DNA of 64,000 nucleotides from contig OZ253677.1 of assembly GCA_965263475.1 (NCBI GenBank), positions 4,633,812 through 4,697,811 of the forward strand, written 5' to 3'. The position numbers and the translations under genes were made by a program. This DNA comes from Mariniblastus sp. (lineage in GTDB: Bacteria > Planctomycetota > Planctomycetia > Pirellulales > Pirellulaceae). The notes below the pieces were generated by a model. The model was not told the origin of the DNA. It searched no databases and saw only the letters and a program-made list of their open reading frames with translations. Shown one piece after another: positions 37,506-44,921 of the stretch (position 1 is its first letter; each line of letters opens with the position of its first letter).

Positions 37506-38534
37506 ATGTCTAGACCAACATTCCAAATCGTCACTGCGCTATCGTTATTTTCGTTTTCCCTTGCAATGAGTGAATCCAGTTTTGCTCAAAACAGCTTTGA
37601 AACGAAATCCTATTTTGATTCGTCCGCTGTAGAGGGTGGCCCAAGCGTCATGGATGCCGAGTCTGACAACTGCGGTTGCCAATCTCAATCTGGATGCTGT
37701 TTCTGTCAATGCCAACAAAACGGGTTGTTCGGACGTGGCATCATCTGGCGAAGCGAGCATGAGTATTCCGACTTTATCAGCCCGATTACCAATCCCGTCT
37801 TTTTTGAAGATCCGAGGAATGTCACAGAAATCCGTCCGTTCTTTATGAATCACAAAGTTCCGCTGGCTGCCGGCGGCGGCGATATCCAGGTGTATGCCGT
37901 GCAGCTTCGTGCTCGTATCAGCGAAAACGTTTCGTTTATCGCAACCAAAGATGGCTATGTGGAATCGACCAATACGCTCGTCAGCGATGGTTGGGTCGAT
38001 TTGGCGGCTGGGTTCAAATTCAGCCTACTAAGAGACCATTGCCAAGGGAGATTGTGGAGCGCGGGTTTCACTTTTGATTTACCGACCGGTGAGGCCGATG
38101 CATTGCAAGGCAACGGAGACGGCGAGTTGCATTTGTTTTCGACTACGGGGCGCCGGATTGGATGCCGAGGCCATTGGTTGTCTGCCTCCGGAATTCGCAT
38201 TCCAATGAATTCAACGGACGAATCGACAAGCTCGTATTGGTCCAATCACGTCGATGTTCGAGTTCGCGACCGCGTTTATTTGCTTGGTGAAACGAACTGG
38301 TACCACTGGTTGCGTGCTGGGCAAGACGGAGCCCTTGTTGGAGTCGAAGGTTTGGATTTGATCAATTTGGGATCGCCAGGTGTAGCGGGAAACGACATCG
38401 TGACCCAAGCGTTTGGTCTGAAATTAAAGCCGCGACGCAACAGCGAGGTCGGGTTCGCATTTGAATTCCCACTGACCGAGCGAGAGGACATCATCGATAA
38501 TCGTCTGACCGTCGATTGGATCGTTCGGTATTAA
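37506..38534 (+). CDS. Putative outer-membrane beta-barrel protein (MetA-pathway 'transporter'-like) with an N-terminal Cys cluster
   Basis: Start re-set from TTG 37500 to ATG 37506 (signal peptide ...LFSFSLAMSESSFAQ). The segment NCGCQSQSGCCFCQC holds 6 Cys in 14 residues (37671-37712). It also has a FDLPTGEADALQGNGDGEL-type loop, beta-strand periodicity and a C-terminal aromatic residue (...VDWIVRY). Confidence 0.5.
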   Translation: MSRPTFQIVTALSLFSFSLAMSESSFAQNSFETKSYFDSSAVEGGPSVMDAESDNCGCQSQSGCCFCQCQQNGLFGRGIIWRSEHEYSDFISPITNPVFFEDPRNVTEIRPFFMNHKVPLAAGGGDIQVYAVQLRARISENVSFIATKDGYVESTNTLVSDGWVDLAAGFKFSLLRDHCQGRLWSAGFTFDLPTGEADALQGNGDGELHLFSTTGRRIGCRGHWLSASGIRIPMNSTDESTSSYWSNHVDVRVRDRVYLLGETNWYHWLRAGQDGALVGVEGLDLINLGSPGVAGNDIVTQAFGLKLKPRRNSEVGFAFEFPLTEREDIIDNRLTVDWIVRY

Positions 38535-38594
38535 CGTTGCGGGTACCCAAATTCTCACGCTGACGATTCGTGCGAGTTTTGAAAATTCGGGATA

Positions 38595-38624
38595 CCACGG
38601 CGCGACCTGTTGGTCGTGCCGTGG
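38595..38624. terminator. Strong hairpin between convergent genes (terminator candidate)
   Basis: 13-bp stem (38595-38607 pairs with 38612-38624, one G.U pair) with a 4-nt loop. It begins 3 nt beyond the stop of the minus-strand kinase-like gene. The minus-strand tail is uaucccgaauuuuc. Confidence 0.55.
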
Positions 38625-38626
38625 AA

Positions 38627-40096
38627 TCATTCGTCGGCAGAAGAAGTCGAACTTGATTTCAATTCTTCATCTTGCGGTACTTCGGAGCCCGTCTCTGCCG
38701 GCTGCAGATGTTCCAAACATCGCTCCAAACGCGTCTTGGCCTCGAAAAAAATGTAGCGTTCGTCGCCGGAGGGATCTACATTTTCAACGAGTATTTGGTA
38801 CAACTCGGTCGCACCGGCCCAATCGCCGTCTTTTTGCAATTGGAAGGCTTGAATAAAGGATTGCGTGGCGTCGGATTGAAGTCCGATCGTACGGCCGCGC
38901 TCCGCATGAGACAGCAGGGTCCGGCGTCGCGATTCGAAGTACAGCAATTCGGCGGGACCAAGTAACTCTTCAGAGCTCGAATCCATGATCTCTTTGAGGC
39001 TTTTTCGTGCGTCTCGCCAGTCGGCCGGATCGTCGGACTCCATCAATTGCGTCGCCCGATCGTATTTGGATTGATTGGATTCGGGCCAAACGGCAACGGC
39101 AATCAGACCTATCGTAAGTAACAAACCCGTCAGTAAGAATCCAGTCGATTGTAGTAGCGCTGGATCGAACTTCCATTTCTCTCGAGGGCCCAACAATTTG
39201 TTTGCTTCTTTTCGATCTGCGCCGACGGTCAACGGATTGAAGCCTTTCTTGACCTGAGAAATGGCAGCTTGTTTCTTTTCGTCCATCACACGGAGTTCTT
39301 CCATTGCCAGGACGACCACTTTGGCTTGATGAGGGCGCAATTTGGGATCTGGCGAAATCATTTGTCCAACAATTTTGTCTAGCCATACGGGGCAATTCAT
39401 GACTTGTGACGACACCGACGGTACCGGGCCATGCATCTTGTTCCGTGTCATCCGGCCAATGGTATCTGGTTCATACGGCAGTTTTCCGGTTAACATTTCG
39501 TAGAGGATTACCCCCAACGAATAGATATCGGATTTTCGCGATCCCCCTTCTTTAATTCGCTCGGGAGCCATGTAGGCGGCGATATCCAACTCCCTCTTCA
39601 AAGCCGAATCCCAGCGTTTTTTTCGCGACCGATTCAGCCGCAAATCCGCCACTTTGACTTTGCCGTGTTCGTCGATCAAGATCTTGTCGGGAGTCAATTT
39701 CGAGTGGACGATATCCTGATCGTGCAAATAGTCGAGGAGTTTGGCGATTTGTCGACCGAAATCGATGACTTGGTCAGGTGCAAATCGGCCGCGTCTGGAC
39801 AATACAGACGATAACGATTCCCCTTTGATTAACTCATACGCAAAAAAGATCTCGTCCTTTTCGATTCCAGCACCGAGAACTTTTACGAGGTTGGGGTGGC
39901 GCAATTGTTTGAGCAATTCAACCTCAATTTGAATCTTCTCAATCGCCTTGGAACGATCGGCCTTGTCAGGAATCCCGATAAATTTGAGGGCAACTTCGAA
40001 GTCCTGTTCGGTTTGTTTTGCCCGATAGACGCGCTGTCGACGGTTGCGGCCAATTCTTTGGCCAACTAAAAATGGGCCAACCTTTGTGTTTTCCAA
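38627..40096 (-). CDS. Membrane-anchored Ser/Thr protein kinase homologue with degenerate catalytic motifs (probable pseudokinase) and a C-terminal helical/TPR-like domain
   Basis: TTG start, with no in-frame ATG nearby. The kinase fold is recognisable from VALKF, HPNLV, YMAPE and DIYSLGVILYEMLTGKLPY. However the HRD loop reads HSKLTPDK, DFG reads DLR, and the Gly-loop reads GQRIGRNRRQRVY. A TM helix (GFLLTGLLLTIGLIAVAVW) lies at ~aa 320-340. Confidence 0.8.
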   Translation of the reverse strand: MENTKVGPFLVGQRIGRNRRQRVYRAKQTEQDFEVALKFIGIPDKADRSKAIEKIQIEVELLKQLRHPNLVKVLGAGIEKDEIFFAYELIKGESLSSVLSRRGRFAPDQVIDFGRQIAKLLDYLHDQDIVHSKLTPDKILIDEHGKVKVADLRLNRSRKKRWDSALKRELDIAAYMAPERIKEGGSRKSDIYSLGVILYEMLTGKLPYEPDTIGRMTRNKMHGPVPSVSSQVMNCPVWLDKIVGQMISPDPKLRPHQAKVVVLAMEELRVMDEKKQAAISQVKKGFNPLTVGADRKEANKLLGPREKWKFDPALLQSTGFLLTGLLLTIGLIAVAVWPESNQSKYDRATQLMESDDPADWRDARKSLKEIMDSSSEELLGPAELLYFESRRRTLLSHAERGRTIGLQSDATQSFIQAFQLQKDGDWAGATELYQILVENVDPSGDERYIFFEAKTRLERCLEHLQPAETGSEVPQDEELKSSSTSSADE

Positions 40097-40212
40097 GTCA
40101 ACGTTTTGGGGTTCGCAGGAAGCAATAAGACAAACTCATTTTACAAATCAGCGATCGCTTTGGAAAACCGATACGCACAAAAGACTCCTTTACCTTTGAT
40201 TTCCGCCGCCTT

Positions 40213-40704
40213 TCATTTCCCAAACTGGCGACAATATTCGTAGACAGCCATCGTCGTCGCTGTAACCACATTGTAACTGAATGGCTGGCCATATACCGGA
40301 ATTTCAATCGCGTCGTCTACTTTAGCCAGCTCCTCCGGCTTAATTCCCAATCGTTCGTGCCCAATTACAAGGACGGTTTTTTTCCGAAATTGATAATCAA
40401 ATAGGCAAATTGAGTTGTCTGTTTGTTCCAATGCAGCGATGTGGAATCCCTGGGATCGAGCCTTTTCCAACCAGTTGACCAGCGTGCGTTTACGCTGAAC
40501 GTCTACCCAATCAACTGCGTTGCGGGCGATTTTTGGATCGATCTTTGTCGTGCCACAAGCAACGATGTTTTGAATGCCGGCGCAGCCTGCGAGACGGACT
40601 ATCCTCGACAGATTTACGCTGGAACGGAATTGCGGACAAGCCAACACCAGTTCATGCGGGTGTTGCAATTCGGTGGGGGCTTTGTGTCGAAGGTGAATTG
40701 GCAT
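40213..40704 (-). CDS. SpoU/TrmH-family RNA 2'-O-methyltransferase
   Basis: ATG start, 163 aa. Carries the SPOUT motifs NLSRIVRLAGCAG, VLVIGHERLGI and IPVYGQPFSYNVVTATTMAVYE. Confidence 0.8.
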   Translation of the reverse strand: MPIHLRHKAPTELQHPHELVLACPQFRSSVNLSRIVRLAGCAGIQNIVACGTTKIDPKIARNAVDWVDVQRKRTLVNWLEKARSQGFHIAALEQTDNSICLFDYQFRKKTVLVIGHERLGIKPEELAKVDDAIEIPVYGQPFSYNVVTATTMAVYEYCRQFGK

Positions 40705-40707
40705 GGC

Positions 40708-40737
40708 AAAAAAAAAGCCAGCTTGGAAAAGCTGGCT
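40708..40737 (-). terminator. Strong Rho-independent terminator of the Cys-rich repeat gene
   Basis: Perfect 9-bp stem (40716-40724 pairs with 40729-40737) with a GNRA-like 4-nt loop. On the minus strand it is followed by a T run (complement of A40708-A40716). It lies 25 nt after the stop at 40762 and 3 nt before the SpoU ATG. Confidence 0.8.
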
Positions 40738-40761
40738 GATGTTTTAATCTTCAATCCAGAA

Positions 40762-41505
40762 TTAAGTGTCATCTGGAGTAGGAGGTGTGTCTTCAGCAGC
40801 CGCTTCAGCTGGGACTGTTTCTTCAGCTGGAACAGGAGCTGCTCCGCCTTCAACCACAACGCCGTCAGTTGTAGGAACCGCACCTGCATTGCAATCACTG
40901 CAGCCAGAAGCAACAGCGCCGCAACCGCAGCCAGTGTTCGCAACTGTAACTGGCATTGAAGAGTAGCTCATACCACAACCACAGTTGTTGCCGCCCGCAA
41001 TTGGCATGATGCCACGACCACAGTTAGATGTATAAGTGCCACATGAAGAACCGTAATTTGTTCCACACGTAGAACCGCAAGTCGAAGCATAGCTTGTTCC
41101 GCATGTCGAAGCATAGCTTGTTCCGCAAGTCGAACCGCAAGTTGAAGCATAGCTTGTTCCACAAGTTGAGCCGCAGGTTGTGCCACAAGTCGAACCACGG
41201 CGTACGCGTACGCGACGGCACGTATTGCAGCTGTTTGTGTAAGTACCGCAGGAAGAACCGCAAACACTTGATGTTCCACATGAAGGAGCGTAGGAACTGT
41301 AAGTTCCGCACGTACCGCAGTTAGAAACGGCTGGTGCCATGCTCGTTGAGTAGCATCCACCGCAACCTTGTGATGCGTAGCTAGTCATCATTGGAACTGA
41401 GTTGTAAGAAGGTGCAACGCTTGCGGTACAGCCACACTGTGCCATCGCGTCGCTCATGCAGAATGCCATGATGGCAACTGCAGCAACAAAACTAAAACTT
41501 TTCAT
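40762..41505 (-). CDS. Secreted Cys/Gly/Ser/Thr-rich repeat protein with an acidic Pro-rich tail
   Basis: ATG start preceded by ggag. Signal peptide MKSFSFVAAVAIMAFCMSDAMA. The mature chain has 27 Cys (~12 %), mostly as C-G dipeptides, with tandem CG(S/T)T and CGTSYAST units. The tail is ...GAAPVPAEETVPAEAAAEDTPPTPDDT. It has its own terminator. Confidence 0.75.
   Translation of the reverse strand: MKSFSFVAAVAIMAFCMSDAMAQCGCTASVAPSYNSVPMMTSYASQGCGGCYSTSMAPAVSNCGTCGTYSSYAPSCGTSSVCGSSCGTYTNSCNTCRRVRVRRGSTCGTTCGSTCGTSYASTCGSTCGTSYASTCGTSYASTCGSTCGTNYGSSCGTYTSNCGRGIMPIAGGNNCGCGMSYSSMPVTVANTGCGCGAVASGCSDCNAGAVPTTDGVVVEGGAAPVPAEETVPAEAAAEDTPPTPDDT
41045..41200 (-). repeat. Mosaic 12-nt / 24-nt in-frame tandem repeats inside the Cys-rich gene
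   Basis: Plus-strand units are gtcgaagcatagcttgttccgca(t/a) at 41081-41104 and 41105-41128, a variant at 41141-41164, and 12-nt units gt(a/c/t)ga(a/g)ccgca(a/g) at 41069-80, 41129-40 and 41165-76, with more diverged 12-nt units at 41177-88 and 41189-200. Confidence 0.8.
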
Positions 41506-41720
41506 TGTTACTCCAATATTTTCTTAGGGTTTTAAACAATTAGGTCTAAACAAGCCTTAACGTTCAGATCAAACAAACCAATTAAGTTAAGATTTCCGGC
41601 CCCTAATGGCAAGTAACACTCGTGAATTCAAGAGTTTTTTAAGGGGAGTTTTTTACCTGAAAAACGGGTCAAAGTTCGGCCCTAACACCAGCTCTGGGTT
41701 ATAGATTGTATAACGTTGTG

Positions 41721-42143
41721 TTATTTGAAAACGGTGATCCAGCGCAGCGTTCCCAACCGACTTGCGGTTCGTCGTAAGCCCAAACGCGGTAGTGTTTTGC
41801 GGCAACACCGATGAGCGGTCGAATGATATTCGTTGACACGAATCTGACAGACGCTGGTTGGATATGTACACACAACGGGCAGATTGCTAGCTGGTGTCTG
41901 ATGTCTGATCATACGGTTTAATTGGCCTGGAATCGAAGGGGCGTTGGTCTGGCTTTTCTTAGGCAATTGTAAATCCGACCATAAATTGGAATCGTTGTCG
42001 TGTTGGCTGACCTCGAGGACCGAGCCGACAGGTTGGCGGACACTTTCTTGATGCACTTCGGAAGAAGTGACTTGAGCCAGACATGTTGAGGCAAACATGC
42101 AGGCGTTCAACAACCCACCGACAACTAACTTGGGAGGGAACAT
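41721..42143 (-). CDS. Hypothetical small secreted protein (weak call)
   Basis: ATG start and a signal-peptide-like N-terminus, MFPPKLVVGGLLNACMFASTCLAQ. It is the only sizeable ORF in a 720-bp gap. The rest of the sequence is basic and low in complexity, so it could be spurious. Confidence 0.3.
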   Translation of the reverse strand: MFPPKLVVGGLLNACMFASTCLAQVTSSEVHQESVRQPVGSVLEVSQHDNDSNLWSDLQLPKKSQTNAPSIPGQLNRMIRHQTPASNLPVVCTYPTSVCQIRVNEYHSTAHRCCRKTLPRLGLRRTASRLGTLRWITVFK

Positions 42144-42229
42144 AGTCTATTTCCGCAGATTCGAAAAAAAGATTTTGGAAAGGAGCTGTAAGTCTAAGCG
42201 ATCTCAAATCGGACACAAGCCGCGAGGCA

Positions 42230-43465
42230 TCATTTCGTTGTTGAAAAACTCGCGCTGTCGGATCTGTTATCGCTAGCCGCGAAATAGCTGGCCAACACAA
42301 AAACAATTGAAAATGAAATTGCTACGACGGCAGCTGAATACGACGGCAGCGACCATTGTTTGGCAAATGTCAATATCGCGCCAACAGCCGGCATGCCGAT
42401 CAAAACTCCAGAATCGTACATCGCAAGAATCAAGTTTGTGGCGACCCCTCGGTCTTCTACCGAAAATTTTTCTGTACACAGAGCAATTACAGAAGGGAAT
42501 AAAAACGAATGAGCAAGGCCTCCCGCAAGTGCCGGCCAAATTAACCCTGCTTGGTTGTCAACGACAAGATAAAGCAACATACTGAGCGTCATAAACATGT
42601 ACCCCAAGCAAATCGTGTTTTTTAGGCCCAGTTTTTGCGGGGCTTGTCTAAAAAGAAGACGGCTGCAAAAAGCCGTCAAGTTGTAGACGACAAAAAACAA
42701 TTTGATTTGTTCAACGTTTAGACTTTGGGCCATTGGTCTTAGATAGGTTCCGGGAAACCCGATTGTCAGCCCCATTAGAGCGCCCAGCACCAACGAAAAA
42801 CCAGGTTTTGCTTTCAAGATGACTTGGATCGGATTCTGGTAGGGCCCCGAGCCAATTTCCCTTGGTATGTGTCCGGTCCTACAGGCCGCGATTGCAAATA
42901 CATACGCAGCTAACAATGCACCGATCGATACCAATAGCATGGTTTGCACGTTTGTATCAAAACTGGCTTGCGATTGAAAAATGTAATCACCGACTACGGG
43001 TCCGGTAGCCATCCCGACAAAACCACTCGCGCCCACGACGCCGATGACTTCGGCGACACGATGTTCGGGGGCCTGCAGCGATACGAAGCTAAGCCACGCG
43101 CCAAACGTCCCTGCCAGGCTCGCCGCATAAACCGTGCGAGCCAGATACAAATCCCAACCGTCTGGTGTGTCGACAAACATGTGCCAAATTAGCCCGAGGA
43201 TTTGTCCCAGTAAACAGACGTACCAAATGGGTTCTGGGCCGACACGATCGACTGCGCTTCCCAAGAAAAGCCGAATCAAGATCGCGCCGGTAGAAGCAAC
43301 GCCAACGACCCAGCCCAGGTGCCACTCGTTACCTCCGAGGCTGGCGATGAAATCCGAATACCGAAATAGCAGGCTAACGCTAACCAGTTGAAAAACGTTG
43401 GCGACAAATGAGAACAGTAAAGACCAATTGTAAACACGATTGGATTGATTTGGTTCAATGGTCAT
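42230..43465 (-). CDS. MFS transporter
   Basis: Start re-set from TTG 43543 to ATG 43465 (MTIEPNQSNRVYNW...). It has ~12 hydrophobic helices and an MFS-like loop, GSAVDRVGPEP, between TM2 and TM3. Confidence 0.75.
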   Translation of the reverse strand: MTIEPNQSNRVYNWSLLFSFVANVFQLVSVSLLFRYSDFIASLGGNEWHLGWVVGVASTGAILIRLFLGSAVDRVGPEPIWYVCLLGQILGLIWHMFVDTPDGWDLYLARTVYAASLAGTFGAWLSFVSLQAPEHRVAEVIGVVGASGFVGMATGPVVGDYIFQSQASFDTNVQTMLLVSIGALLAAYVFAIAACRTGHIPREIGSGPYQNPIQVILKAKPGFSLVLGALMGLTIGFPGTYLRPMAQSLNVEQIKLFFVVYNLTAFCSRLLFRQAPQKLGLKNTICLGYMFMTLSMLLYLVVDNQAGLIWPALAGGLAHSFLFPSVIALCTEKFSVEDRGVATNLILAMYDSGVLIGMPAVGAILTFAKQWSLPSYSAAVVAISFSIVFVLASYFAASDNRSDSASFSTTK

Positions 43466-43761
43466 TTCGGCCCTGTCGCTGGTCTGGCAGCATCGTCCCA
43501 AGCCGTTAATATCTGAATAGCCCAATTTGGGTAATTCATACAAAATTGTTGTTTTCTAACGTTTTGCGAACCTTCTTTTAAAGTCGCTGTCCTGACAGCA
43601 ATGACCCGTGTTTGGTGTCGGTCTGTCGTTACCATTGCCAGCTACTTTCCGCAAGTTTCGTAGCAGCCGTCATTTCTTTGGCGGCGTCGAGTGGTGTAAA
43701 GTTCGACTTGGACTAGCCGATTCAGTATTCATGCTTACAATATTTCGGTTCGAATTCGACA

Positions 43762-44202
43762 ATGTCCTATATCCGTTTGGAACACAAAGTGGAACACCGC
43801 CCTTCTGGCGCATCACCGTCACGCAACAACCCTGAGCGTTCGCTGGAACTTGCTTTGGCTGCTGCCAAGGTGGCATTCGAAAATAATGGAAACGATATTG
43901 TTGTGCTCGACATGAGTCAACAATCCGCCATGTTCGACTACTTTGTGCTGGCGACGGGAACCAGTCGTCGGCAATTGCACGCGATTAGCGAAGAGATCGA
44001 CCACAAGCTTGAGGATGAGCTCAACGACAAACGGATGAACATCGACGGATATGACGAGAGTCGCTGGATTGTGCTCGACTATGCTACGGTTGTTGTCCAT
44101 TTGTTTGACGAAGATACCCGCAAGTTTTACAGCCTTGAATCGTTGTGGGCCGACGCTTCTCCTGTTGACCTAAGCAGCATCGGTATCGAGTCGCCCACCT
44201 AA
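43762..44202 (+). CDS. rsfS: Ribosome silencing factor RsfS (iojap family)
   Basis: ATG start. Contains DIVVLDMSQQSAMFDYFVLATGTSRRQLHAISEEI...WIVLDYATVVVHLF...FYSLESLW, typical of RsfS. Confidence 0.85.
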   Translation: MSYIRLEHKVEHRPSGASPSRNNPERSLELALAAAKVAFENNGNDIVVLDMSQQSAMFDYFVLATGTSRRQLHAISEEIDHKLEDELNDKRMNIDGYDESRWIVLDYATVVVHLFDEDTRKFYSLESLWADASPVDLSSIGIESPT

Positions 44203-44229
44203 AGTCGCTCGTCACATTTCGAGGTATTA

Positions 44230-44904
44230 CTAAGTGCCCGGTTGTTTTCTCAACAAACGTCTGACTTGCTCACTGCAACTTAGATTCAGTTGTTCGATCA
44301 AATTTAAATACTCTTCCGGTCGATTTACGTTGTAAACGAATTTGAGATCTGGATCGACGCTGAGCATCTGATCCAACGGTATCAGTTTGGAATCCAGCGC
44401 CGTCGCCAGCCCACTGACTCGAAGTTGATCGGAGTCGACCAAGTCCGCAATTTTGACGTGGGTATCCGTGCGATACAGCCCACTGAGGCCGTAGACGTGA
44501 GTGGCACTGGCTGGCAAAGCAGATTCGTGGTCAGCGATCTGTTGTTTCAGGAACTGAATCACGTTGGCTTGGGGAAAGGGGGAGTCGCAAGCGGTGACAT
44601 ACGCATAGTCATGTTGCTCGGCAACACTTTTTAATCCGAGCCGCATGCCTTCCAGAGGACCGCGGTCGGGTTGTTCATCGGCAATGAACTGAACGTTCCG
44701 CAATTCCAGTGTGTTGGGGGGTAAACCGACGCAGACGATGCGGCTGGCGACGGTTGCCAATTGCTGTACGATATACTCGAGCAGTGTGAATTCGCCCATT
44801 GGTAGCTTCCATTTCGGATAACCCATTCGTCTACTGTTGCCACCACAGAGAACGATTACTGCTGGCTGTACCGTGTTTTGTGCTGCGGACAATGTTGAAC
44901 TCAA
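44230..44904 (-). CDS. mobA: Molybdenum cofactor guanylyltransferase
   Basis: TTG start. Contains AVIVLCGGNSRRMGYPKWKL...L, a PDRGPLEG loop and ACDSPF, typical of MobA. Confidence 0.8.
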   Translation of the reverse strand: MSSTLSAAQNTVQPAVIVLCGGNSRRMGYPKWKLPMGEFTLLEYIVQQLATVASRIVCVGLPPNTLELRNVQFIADEQPDRGPLEGMRLGLKSVAEQHDYAYVTACDSPFPQANVIQFLKQQIADHESALPASATHVYGLSGLYRTDTHVKIADLVDSDQLRVSGLATALDSKLIPLDQMLSVDPDLKFVYNVNRPEEYLNLIEQLNLSCSEQVRRLLRKQPGT

Positions 44905-44921
44905 TCACTTAGTTGATTTGC

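Noticed and set aside
40766-41360. Alternative-frame ORFs (66-130 aa) within the Cys-rich repeat gene on both strands.
   Set aside because: They are generated by the 12/24-nt repeats. Only the 40762-41505 minus-strand frame has a signal peptide, an RBS and a downstream terminator.
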